Assembly: GCA_963845145.1 (NCBI GenBank)
Contig: CAWJQU010000008.1
Span: 384,001 to 448,000 of the forward strand
Reading direction: 5' to 3'
Source: an uncultured delta proteobacterium
Lineage (GTDB): Bacteria > Desulfobacterota > Desulfobacteria > Desulfobacterales > QNYZ01
Length of the DNA: 64,000 nucleotides
The notes under the pieces are model-generated. The model searched no databases and was not told the DNA's origin. It worked only from the letters and a program-made list of their open reading frames with translations. A program made the position numbers and the translations under genes. Numbering within the stretch: position 1 is the first letter of the stretch; every line of letters begins with the position of its first letter. Shown in pieces: positions 9,843 through 18,854 of this stretch.

Positions 9843-10034
9843 TTACCCCCAGCAAATAACCTGATCATAATTAAAAATATCATCTACCAGCCGCAGCCAA
9901 TTGGTCGCTGTGCCCGATATTTCATCTTCATACAAACTGACAACAGCCGCGCCTTCTTCGCCGGATAAGGCATCAATGACGGTTGCGATGGTTTCGTCAG
10001 GCTCTGATTTTAATATGTGCAAAATCTTTTTCAT
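9843..10034 (-). CDS. Small DsrH/TusB-like protein
   Basis: MKKILHILKS...WLRLVDDIFNYDQVICW resembles DsrH/TusB termini; coupled to the DsrE-like gene. Confidence 0.55.
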   Translation of the reverse strand: MKKILHILKSEPDETIATVIDALSGEEGAAVVSLYEDEISGTATNWLRLVDDIFNYDQVICWG

Positions 10035-10088
10035 GGGAGGTCACCTTATTTGCGTGCACCATTTCGAATATGAACCGTAACGATTATT

Positions 10089-10104
10089 TGCAATGATTAT
10101 ACCA
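10089..10104 (-). promoter_or_regulatory. Sigma54 promoter of the dsrH/dsrE-like pair
   Basis: Minus strand TGGTAT-AATCA-TTGCA, 55 nt upstream of the 10034 start. Confidence 0.75.
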
Positions 10105-10187
10105 GCATCGGATAAATTATTATTGCATATAATATTAAATAGTTGCATCTTTGATTAAAAAATCGCTTTCCATTTAATTCGACCGAT

Positions 10188-10203
10188 GTTAACATATGTT
10201 AAC
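10188..10203. promoter_or_regulatory. Second candidate activator site GTTAAC-N4-GTTAAC
   Basis: GTTAAC-atat-GTTAAC (perfect palindrome) about 85-100 bp upstream of the second sigma54 site. Confidence 0.6.
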
Positions 10204-10238
10204 TTCATTAATTAACATAAGGCAACAGGTGAGCATTT

Positions 10239-11618
10239 ATGGATCTATCGCTTTACTGGAAGACAATCGTCGATACCCTTCAAGATGGTGTCATGGTCGT
10301 AGACCCGTCAGGGAAGGTTCTCGCGCTCAATCCCGCGGCGGAAAAGCTGACGGGATATGACGCGAGGGAGTTGGTTGGTAAATCCTGCCGTATGCTGGAT
10401 TGCACGGGCTGCGATATTTATGCCCGTGGCCGGGCTGAACAATGGTGCGGTCTATATGCCAAGGGTGCCGTAAGAGCAAAAAAGTGCTTGATCACCAATA
10501 AGGAAAATCGCTCCGTTAATGTGATAAAAAATGCTTCCATTCTGCGAAACAAAGAAGGCCAGATCATCGGCGCAGTGGAAACCCTCACCGACATGTCCGA
10601 GCTGATTCGGCAGCAGATGGAAATATCTCTGTTGCGCAAGAATCTTCAACTGGACGACGGCTATCATGGGATTATCGGTAAAACAGCCCCCATGCAAAAC
10701 CTGTTCGAATTGGTGGACAATGTTGCCCTGACCGATGCCCCGGTTATCATCACCGGTGAAAGCGGGACCGGTAAAGAGCTGGTCGCCCGGGCCATCCATG
10801 AAAAAAGCAACCGCAGTGAAAAACCGTTTATCAAGGTAAATTGCGCCGCATTAAATGAAAATCTATTGGAGAGCGAATTGTTCGGACACACCAAGGGATC
10901 TTATACCGGTGCCGATAGAACCCGTATTGGTCGATTTGAAGCCGCCCATGGCGGGACGATATTCTTAGACGAAATTGGCGACATCCCTTTATCTACACAA
11001 GTCAAACTACTACGGATTTTAGAAGAAAAAGAGATCGAGAGAGTGGGTGATCACACCCCGATAAAAGTGAATGTACGGATCATCTCGGCCACCAATAAAA
11101 ACCTCGACGATCTGATTGCCCGGGGACGGTTCCGGGATGATTTATATTTCCGTATCAACGTCTTTCCCATCGACTGTCCACCACTTCGTCGGCGGATCGA
11201 AGACATTCCCATGATCATTCAGAATTTCATTCGCCAAAATAATCTAAAGAGTGGGAAAAAAATATTGGGACTCACCCCCGAGGCCATGGAAAAAATGACG
11301 CTTTACGATTGGCCTGGTAATGTCAGGGAATTACGCAATGCCATTGAATACGCTTTCGTACTATGTTCCAGCGGTGGCATTGATGTTCAACATTTGCCCC
11401 CCAAAATAGCCGGCATATCCAGTGAATGTGCAGAACCGTTCGTGCCCTCCAACCGTAACAACGTAAATGACGGGAAGAAAAATGCCCTTATTGGCGCCTT
11501 AAGAAAAGCGCGGGGAAACCGAACCGAGGCCGCCCGAATTTTAGGCATCAGTCGCGTGACGGTTTGGAAACAGATGAAAAGATTCGGAATCGACCCATAC
11601 AAAGATCTTATGGGGTAG
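10239..11618 (+). CDS. Sigma54-dependent activator (PAS-AAA+-Fis HTH) with Cys-rich PAS domain
   Basis: GESGTGKE Walker A; ESELFGH-GSYTGA (GAFTGA variant); [30 protein letters not shown] motif CRMLDCTGC...WC. Confidence 0.95.
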   Translation: MDLSLYWKTIVDTLQDGVMVVDPSGKVLALNPAAEKLTGYDARELVGKSCRMLDCTGCDIYARGRAEQWCGLYAKGAVRAKKCLITNKENRSVNVIKNASILRNKEGQIIGAVETLTDMSELIRQQMEISLLRKNLQLDDGYHGIIGKTAPMQNLFELVDNVALTDAPVIITGESGTGKELVARAIHEKSNRSEKPFIKVNCAALNENLLESELFGHTKGSYTGADRTRIGRFEAAHGGTIFLDEIGDIPLSTQVKLLRILEEKEIERVGDHTPIKVNVRIISATNKNLDDLIARGRFRDDLYFRINVFPIDCPPLRRRIEDIPMIIQNFIRQNNLKSGKKILGLTPEAMEKMTLYDWPGNVRELRNAIEYAFVLCSSGGIDVQHLPPKIAGISSECAEPFVPSNRNNVNDGKKNALIGALRKARGNRTEAARILGISRVTVWKQMKRFGIDPYKDLMG

Positions 11619-11807
11619 CGCACGGTGACATAATTGTTAAGCGCGTTATTATTTGAACGCTTTATTTTGTTATTATTCGAGGCCTTGAAATTGTGGAAAT
11701 TATTGACTACCATGCCAAAATTGGGGTTTGAGACTTGAAGCCCTCTTTTGTTTTTAGGCCTTATATGAAATTTTTCACTATCATCAATTAAAAGACAGGG
11801 ATTTGAG

Positions 11808-12224
11808 ATGAATTCAGTGGCCCGAGTCATTTTTCTCATAGCGATGGTTGTTTTTTTTTCAACTGGGTGTACGACGTTAAAGGATAAAATTCATTTAGTG
11901 GGCTTTGAAAATATATCAAAATCCTTTGAACAGGTTATGCTTGATTCGGACTTTGAAGTCGCCCGTGGATTCATAAACCCGGAAATTCTTCAGAAGGAAA
12001 AGGAAACGGATGTCACGCAATATGAAGATATAAAAATCGTAGAATATCGCGTTAAAAAAGGTCATCTATCCAACGACATTAATGAAATCAATCAGACCGC
12101 CGAGGTGAAATACTACAGGATGGACAGCCTGATCGTAAGAACAATTTACTATGAACAACTATGGAAATACGATGATGTGAGAAAATCCTGGATACTCCAG
12201 ACTGGCCTGCCCAAATTCAAATAA
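11808..12224 (+). CDS. Hypothetical lipoprotein
   Basis: Hydrophobic N-terminus ending in lipobox STGC; 138 aa. Confidence 0.65.
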   Translation: MNSVARVIFLIAMVVFFSTGCTTLKDKIHLVGFENISKSFEQVMLDSDFEVARGFINPEILQKEKETDVTQYEDIKIVEYRVKKGHLSNDINEINQTAEVKYYRMDSLIVRTIYYEQLWKYDDVRKSWILQTGLPKFK

Positions 12225-12380
12225 CCCGGAGTGTTGAAACTTTTCCTTTTTCTAATTTCCTCTCACGCTCAACCCTTTTCAATCATGATATCATAAGTCA
12301 CATTTTTATCGATTTTTATTCAATTAAGAAAATTTGGGTGGGTGGTCATAAGTTGGAGCTATCTGGATCATAAGCTATCC

Positions 12381-13223
12381 TCAATTTTTTGGAAGATCAA
12401 CTTCGGGGGTTTGAATCTCTTTCACGATAATGCTTTTTCCTTGCGCTTGTTTGGAAACTCTGTATGAGTATTTCCAATAGCCTTGAGATTTTTTCGCTTT
12501 AATATTTTGTGTGATGTATGAATTCCGAGTGTGAATCCTTATAAGATATTCTTGAATATTGCCTTTGGGCCATGGGATGCGCAGCACTTCTAAGCTAGTG
12601 CTCGGCAGAAATGTACCAATGTTATTAACCACTTTCACCCGTGATAAAAGTTTGTTAACCTCACCCATCAAGTCACGCTGTCGTTTTCTGCCAATTTTGT
12701 CATCTTCCTTATGGCTTTCGATGATTTCATCGTATAGTTTTTTAAGGGGAAGCCTTGCTTTTTCCGTTATATCATCTATTTGTAACTCGACATCATACAA
12801 AGGATATTTCCCTTCATGGAAAAGCATCATTGTAAGCCACTGCGACACCTCATCAAACATTGGCAAAATGTAACAGTGTGAGTCCCCTCCCGTTGTATAG
12901 GCCATTAACTCTTTACTTAGATCGACATTCTGCTCTGATAGACCGCCAATTTTATTACTTAAAATTACATTTTGTGAAGATAAGGTAAAAATTTGATCCG
13001 AACGTTTTTGTAAGAGCTCGATATTTTTACTTTCATTAACCCCTGACCAGATTCCACCACTAAGAATCAATAGACCTCCGATTAAAGTACCAACAGCTAT
13101 CCAACGAGGTGTCTTTTGATCCTCCGCACGAGATGCTTTATATCCAAATATTGCAACTACCATCCCGCCTACAATCAAAGAAAGAGTAGGTGGTGAAAGA
13201 AGTTGTTTAAACAAAAATTCCAT
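12381..13223 (-). CDS. Hypothetical membrane protein (two N-terminal TM helices, coiled coil), AT-rich
   Basis: 280-aa ORF with two hydrophobic segments; composition more AT-rich than the neighbouring core genes. Confidence 0.65.
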   Translation of the reverse strand: MEFLFKQLLSPPTLSLIVGGMVVAIFGYKASRAEDQKTPRWIAVGTLIGGLLILSGGIWSGVNESKNIELLQKRSDQIFTLSSQNVILSNKIGGLSEQNVDLSKELMAYTTGGDSHCYILPMFDEVSQWLTMMLFHEGKYPLYDVELQIDDITEKARLPLKKLYDEIIESHKEDDKIGRKRQRDLMGEVNKLLSRVKVVNNIGTFLPSTSLEVLRIPWPKGNIQEYLIRIHTRNSYITQNIKAKKSQGYWKYSYRVSKQAQGKSIIVKEIQTPEVDLPKN

Positions 13224-13317
13224 TTAGAACTTCCAGAGTTTATTGATGATTAAAACTTTCCCATCTAACTTTTCCGTAATGGCGGTAGTCTTTAACAGCA
13301 GAAATTGTGATTGCAGA

Positions 13318-13984
13318 GTCGGGTAGCCCAGGGGAATTTCACCCCCAGGCTCCCACAGATCGGTGCGTGAAGCCTCTCGATTCATACGGCTCCTGTCAGC
13401 CTTCCTCTTGAAACCTCGCGGTTTCAAGCCGACACGAAAAGAAATCCGGTTCCTCCCAGTTGCCTGGTTGACCATCACTTATCGCGAGCTGACTCATCCC
13501 CTTCGCTCCGATCCCATTACAGGACCTTCAACACTAATACTGGATGATCCGCCCCCGTGCCTCGCATCGGTACTCTAATTCTCGTGGGGTCTCCACTTGA
13601 ATTTCTCCCTTAACATCGAAGCGACAGGTTCCCACGTTCCATGCAAAAGCCTAACTCAGATTCATGCCACCTTTACGCCGGAGGCCGCTTGGGCAGTAAA
13701 CAGGTTTCCCCCAAACTTATCCTGAACCCAATATAGTAGCTCAGTTTTGACCTCATCCATAATCTTTCGACGCCTCATCGAATGGTTCGCTTGCGCTCAT
13801 CTCTCTGAGCCGTACCTGCCACGATCCTATGCCGTGACTTTTCCTAAACGCTCACTACCCTGGCTCTTTACCAACGCAGCTTTAGGTGGTTTGAAGCCTG
13901 CTCCTGCAAGCCGGCTCCGAGGGGCCCGCCCTCATCTTTTGCGCAGTTACGCACACTTTATATTAAAGTGCGCTCGTGGCGCAC
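13318..13984 (-). mobile_element. ORF-less group II intron (IIB, bacterial class D-like), 667 nt
   Basis: 5' end GTGCG; domain V GAGCCGTATGAATCGAGAGGCTTCACGCACCGATC; domain VI ends CTACCCGAC; no RT ORF in domain IV; EBS1/EBS2 pair with the 5' exon. Confidence 0.9.
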
Positions 13985-14152
13985 TACATTGAGATCATCT
14001 TGCACCAACGACCTACAAAAACTTACCCGAAATCTAATATTCCAGCAAGACTAAAAGATTGTGATATCATCAATTAATGGAGAAGGTGGTGCCTGGTGAT
14101 ACGGATACCCATTGCAGTTCTGATTGATGTAAAATTGAAAAATGATAGCAGT

Positions 14153-16120
14153 TTATTCCCGAGTGCCACCCCTGGGGTAGGTATCCAGGTCCCACAAGGG
14201 CGGTCCATCCCACAACGAATAGGGGCCGTCATCCGATAGGCGTTTGCCGATTTCAGAAATAGTCAGCCTTTTCAGCGTTTCAGGTATTGGAATGCCGGTT
14301 TCAGGGTCATAGCCGTGCTTTTTGTAGTATGCCTGAAGCATCTGAAGATGCTCTTTTCGTTGCCGATCGCCCTCAGGGCTCCGCTTAACTTCCGGTTTCT
14401 GGGGTAGGCTGTCATGTTCAATGGTGATTCCCTGCCGGATATTGAACGCCCGTTCCACGGCATGGATACGATCGGCAATGTCGACGATATCTTCCCCTTT
14501 GAAGTCAATCCCGGTGGCGGCCGCTAATAACGCTGCCAGGCCATCCCACAGGTCTGATTTCCCAGCCTCTGACTTCCACACAAGGGGTACGGCACATGCC
14601 CAGGTATTGACCGCCCCTTTGCAACGACCGATAGTATCGGCGATTGCGGTTGCGCGTTCACCCGCGGTAATGGATTGAATTGGATCATCGGAAATGACTT
14701 GGCGGTCGACCAGGTTGGTTAATATGTCTTCGGTTGAATTATCGCCCGCACTCCAGCTTCTCCCTCTCAGATGGTCTGCGCCACGACTGGAGACGGCGTG
14801 TGACAGGGCGTAAAGGCCCGGCGGATGCGGCCCCCGGCTAAGCCCTTTGACATGATAGCAGTAGGCCATGGCATCGGGGCCGAAATGTTTCGCCAGGCTG
14901 TAAAGCCCCTCGGCAATGAGGTTTCCAAAGCCTTCCCGGAACACCGTTTTGTGTATCAAATCAATCTGGGTCGCTGCGTCTTCCCAGGTAAGCTTCAAAC
15001 CGCCTGTATCGGCATCGGTGATGATTCCTCGGTTGTATAGGTCCTTGGCCAGAGCAATGGTGTTTCCCAGCGCAATGACATCGACCCCGTAAATATCGGA
15101 CAAATTTTCCATTTCCAAAATGGCTACCGGATCTTCAATGCCACAGTTGGTGCCGAGGCAGTAAATCGCTTCATACTCAAGGGCTTCACCCCGCTCTCCT
15201 TTTCGGTTCCCCGCTGGAATTTCATAGATATTTTTACATTTTATGTGACAACTCTGACAGCCCGCACGCCCCACTTCGTACTGTTTCCACGCCTCGGGAC
15301 TCAATGCTTCAGGGATGTCATCACCCGGCAGCACCGTCTCGAAATTCCGATAACCGGGAAACCAGTTCACCATGCCGTAATGGGAGCCATAAACGGCGGA
15401 TACTTCCTGCTGCACGGAATCCTTGGCCAGATATTTCCGATCGGCATTCGCCAGGGATAGAAACCGTTTTCGATCATAGAGGTCCACCTTTTTACTGCCA
15501 CGCACAATGATGGCCTTCAAATTCTTGCTACCCCAGACGGCCCCACTACCACGGGCCGCCGAAGCATATTTGTCCACCATGGTGGATGCCAGACGCACCA
15601 GGTTCTCGCCTGCCTGGCCGATACATGCCACGCTTGTATTCTCTCCGTGCCGTTGCATGAGGCGATCGGTGGTCTCCCAGACACTGGTTCCCCACAGTTC
15701 GTCCGCCGGAAGCAAAACCACCTTATCGTCGTCAATCCATAAATATTGGGGGGTCTCAGCGTGACCGCTGACGATGATCTGGTCATACCCGGCCCGTTTC
15801 ATGACATAGGCAAATGCCCCCCCGGCGTTACCATCTCCCAAAATACCGCTGTAAGGCGAGAGGGTAGACACCTGGAGGCGACTGGAGAGGCTCAATAATG
15901 TAGCCGTCAATATTCCAGGTGCGATACATAATATGTTATCCGGCCCCAAAGGATCTGCGCCGGGAGGTACCCTGTTGAACAGCGTTTTGGAGTTCAAACC
16001 ACGACCCCCCAGAAAAAGCCGTGCATCCTTACTATCGAGTTGGCTTTTGGAGATGCTCCCCGATGTTAAATTGACATCCAGTATGGTTCCACACCAGCCC
16101 TTTTTTAATTCGACGTTCAT
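14153..16120 (-). CDS. aor: Aldehyde:ferredoxin oxidoreductase (AOR family, tungsten)
   Basis: FLGGRGL, KRAGYD, IGQAGENLV, GAVWGSKNLKAI, CQSCHIKC, EYE, SRGADH, ERAFN. Confidence 0.9.
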   Translation of the reverse strand: MNVELKKGWCGTILDVNLTSGSISKSQLDSKDARLFLGGRGLNSKTLFNRVPPGADPLGPDNILCIAPGILTATLLSLSSRLQVSTLSPYSGILGDGNAGGAFAYVMKRAGYDQIIVSGHAETPQYLWIDDDKVVLLPADELWGTSVWETTDRLMQRHGENTSVACIGQAGENLVRLASTMVDKYASAARGSGAVWGSKNLKAIIVRGSKKVDLYDRKRFLSLANADRKYLAKDSVQQEVSAVYGSHYGMVNWFPGYRNFETVLPGDDIPEALSPEAWKQYEVGRAGCQSCHIKCKNIYEIPAGNRKGERGEALEYEAIYCLGTNCGIEDPVAILEMENLSDIYGVDVIALGNTIALAKDLYNRGIITDADTGGLKLTWEDAATQIDLIHKTVFREGFGNLIAEGLYSLAKHFGPDAMAYCYHVKGLSRGPHPPGLYALSHAVSSRGADHLRGRSWSAGDNSTEDILTNLVDRQVISDDPIQSITAGERATAIADTIGRCKGAVNTWACAVPLVWKSEAGKSDLWDGLAALLAAATGIDFKGEDIVDIADRIHAVERAFNIRQGITIEHDSLPQKPEVKRSPEGDRQRKEHLQMLQAYYKKHGYDPETGIPIPETLKRLTISEIGKRLSDDGPYSLWDGPPLWDLDTYPRGGTRE

Positions 16121-16266
16121 GGGTGGGGTACTCCTTATGCACAGGCTAATTCGCTGCACGATACTCCCGGCCTATCCGGAGTCATTACAGCATCGTTCAA
16201 TCTGTTGACTGCCAATACATCTGAGTAAAAAAATTCACTTATCCTCCTCCGCCAATCGATAACGCC

Positions 16267-16491
16267 TTATTTTCCAAATCGTTCTCTGGAATCTCGAACC
16301 GCCTCAAGAATATCTTCCGTGGAAGCTTTGGTCTTGAAACCAGGAATATCAAAAGGGGATCTTGTACTTTTCCTAAATATGACAGAAAAGGTTTCCCCTC
16401 CTCTCCTTTTAATAATCACCTCTTCCGTTTTTGCGATATTAAGGACAGAGGCAAGGCGTTGTCTTGCTTCAGAATAGGTATATACCTTCAT
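16267..16491 (-). CDS. Phd/YefM-family antitoxin
   Basis: MKVYTYSEARQRLASVLNIA...EEVIIKRRGG pattern; 74 aa from the ATG at 16491. Confidence 0.8.
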   Translation of the reverse strand: MKVYTYSEARQRLASVLNIAKTEEVIIKRRGGETFSVIFRKSTRSPFDIPGFKTKASTEDILEAVRDSRERFGK

Positions 16492-16590
16492 AATAATTAA
16501 CTCAAAACCGGTTATCCCCAATTCCGGTGCCACCCATTTAATGCCGATATCAAGGGTAGGCGATGGGCTTCGCAAGGATGGACTCCGCAA
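16492..16590 (-). pseudogene. C-terminal remnant of a PIN/VapC toxin gene
   Basis: SLRSPSPTLDIGIKWVAPELGI resembles the PIN C-terminal L-x-TLD...A..LGI segment; no N-terminal part seen. Confidence 0.45.
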
Positions 16591-16739
16591 CAGACTTCTA
16601 ACCGCCAAAACCGTATTGCATCCAATGTAGGGTCATATCTGAACATTGAAACAGTACACATCAAACCGTCCTTTGTTTCGACTTTATGAGCCATTATTAT
16701 AAAGATATCTGTGCACACTATCTAAATCTCAACGGTAAA

Positions 16740-17000
16740 CCCGATACGAACAACCTTCCAAGCGGAGAATAAATATCCTATCCCGGTAGGTCTTTTTCTA
16801 TCACATGAAAACCAAGTGTGAAAATCGCCGCTACATGAATCCGCCATTTTCCATTTAACAACGATGGCTTCAGGATTTCCAACTTTTCAATATCAGAGAT
16901 GTCTATTTTCTTTGAGCCTATGGGAAAATAGTAATGACGAAATAGTATTTCCCGCTCAGTAATTTCGACCAATTTATCGTGTATATGGGATCGGACATAT
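16740..17000 (-). pseudogene. Probable frameshifted hypothetical gene
   Basis: Protein-like text split across frames (VEITEREILFRHYYFP...GKWRIH, then SGDFHTWFSCDRKRPT in another frame). Confidence 0.35.
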
Positions 17001-17105
17001 TTGTTGAAATTTTACGTCTTATTTTATCATTTTACAAACCATTGCCCACTTGCAGGTGACTATTGCCATGAATATGCCATAAATCGGCTTTCGTCCGCTC
17101 AATAA

Positions 17106-17717
17106 TCAAGGTATAGCGTATCCGGATACGATGGATAACCGAACAGCCTTCTCTTTGGAAAAGTCGTTGTTCAAAAACGATTCAAAGGGAACCGCTTTAC
17201 CATCAACCAACAATATGGAATCTGAAGCGGTTAATTTTTGAGCCGTCAATTTCAAAAACGATAAAGCCGCGCCACTATCCACGCTTTGCCCTAGTTCCAT
17301 CAAGGGCTGCCCCAGCTCTTTCGCGATTACGTTAAACATGCGGACGGTTACGGTTCCACCCGAAGCTTGTGGTTTTTCTGAGTCTTTTTGCCGGTAGGAA
17401 ATTCGCTTTCTAAATTCGGCCAGGTGGCCGCCTTTTCTGAATGTGGCCCCTACCAGACCCGGCATGGCTGCTGATAATGCGACCATATCCCCATCTTCAA
17501 GAACGGCTGTTTCGGCATCATCCACGGGTTGACTGTTTAAAAAGATGGTTTGTACCCGGTTGGCCAGGTAGTCGGGGTCAATGCCGAGTTGATCGCTCAA
17601 CATGCCCGTAAGCGTCTGGCCGCCTTGAATCGGCACCAATATACCTTTACCCATGAGTGTAAGAAGGCCGGGAAGGCAACTTGGTTTTATTCGGTATTTA
17701 ATGTGTATGCCGATCAT
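17106..17717 (-). CDS. Hypothetical protein with MoaD/ThiS-like ubiquitin-fold segment
   Basis: IFLNSQPVDDAETAVLEDGDMVAL resembles MoaD/ThiS; upstream of aor on the same strand. Confidence 0.55.
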   Translation of the reverse strand: MIGIHIKYRIKPSCLPGLLTLMGKGILVPIQGGQTLTGMLSDQLGIDPDYLANRVQTIFLNSQPVDDAETAVLEDGDMVALSAAMPGLVGATFRKGGHLAEFRKRISYRQKDSEKPQASGGTVTVRMFNVIAKELGQPLMELGQSVDSGAALSFLKLTAQKLTASDSILLVDGKAVPFESFLNNDFSKEKAVRLSIVSGYAIP

Positions 17718-18055
17718 TTTTTCACCTCCAATCCAAAAGAATATGGGTGATCGCCTATTGCTTATTGCTTATTATTAACCATGCATTAAAAAGATGTATC
17801 TGGTAAAAAGGTGCCGGTTTATTCTTACACTTCAGGATTATCAACTCTGAAGTGTAAGCACATAATTTCATAAATCTAAAATGATTATTGTATGCCATAA
17901 CGCTGGTTATTTCGCGACATTCGCTTTGAATAGCAATAAATTGAATTACCCGACCATCTTTAAGTTTGGCTATGCCGTGGGGGCAACAACCAGTAGAATA
18001 TAGGCTATTATGAGTAGTCCCCTTTTATTGCAGCCTTTTTTCATATGCACGCAAT

Positions 18056-18811
18056 TTAATTCGTGTTTCTGTTTGATTCATTGGGGTCAACTCTTTTGAA
18101 ATCGTAATAAAAGCGATCGGCCGCTTTTTGGTCACTCCCTGACAATATATCAGTCACAACTTGTCTGTTTCTAAAAAGAAACCAGTCGCCGAAGTGATCA
18201 AACTTTCGGCACGATGTCACGATAAAGGCCCGCATGATCATACCGTACCGAAGTCCCCGTTTCAGCCCAATATCCTTCAATCGTCTCGCCAGGTCGACAT
18301 CCTCGACGCTTACCAGTTCCTCATTGAAACCACCGGATGCATCAAAAGTATCACGATACATCCAGAACATCCCCGCCCAACGACGCTGTAGGATGAGTTT
18401 TGGAACAAATGTCAAACTACTAAAAAAAATGCCCAGTGACATTCGCTCCGGCTTGATGCGAACCCCGCCGCCTATGTACCGGCCCGAATTAAGGCGGCGG
18501 GAGACCTCATGCAGCATATTGTCCGACATCCAGCTGTCTGCATCAATGGTGATGAGGATTCTTCCACTGCTCGCCTTGACGCCGGCATTTCGAATCTTTG
18601 ACAGGTTCTTTGCATCCTCGGCAATAACAACAGCACTGTACTTTCGGGCAATCGCCTCCGTATTGTCCGTACATCGATTAAGGACAACAACGATCTCGAC
18701 CTTTTCAGAAATTTGCTGCTCAGCGCTGCGGACAGATACCAGACAGCGCTCGATATAATCCTCTTCGTTGTGGGCGGGTATGACAACTGAGATGTCTGCG
18801 GTCATGAGCAT
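18056..18811 (-). CDS. Glycosyltransferase family 2
   Basis: ISVVIPAHNEE, CTDNT, RNAG, DAD, GGFNE, EDVDL. Confidence 0.9.
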   Translation of the reverse strand: MLMTADISVVIPAHNEEDYIERCLVSVRSAEQQISEKVEIVVVLNRCTDNTEAIARKYSAVVIAEDAKNLSKIRNAGVKASSGRILITIDADSWMSDNMLHEVSRRLNSGRYIGGGVRIKPERMSLGIFFSSLTFVPKLILQRRWAGMFWMYRDTFDASGGFNEELVSVEDVDLARRLKDIGLKRGLRYGMIMRAFIVTSCRKFDHFGDWFLFRNRQVVTDILSGSDQKAADRFYYDFKRVDPNESNRNTN

Positions 18812-18854
18812 ATCCTCGGGGCCGGACGCAAACCCGAACAATTTTTAATCCGAG

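Noticed and set aside
13224..13992. ORFs 13224..13478, 13363..13578 and 13747..13992 as genes
   Set aside because: They overlap intron RNA domains and show no RT or other motifs.
17064..17079. Sigma54-like motif on the minus strand (TGGCAT-ATTCA-TGGCA)
   Set aside because: Imperfect -12 element, and it faces only a probable pseudogene.
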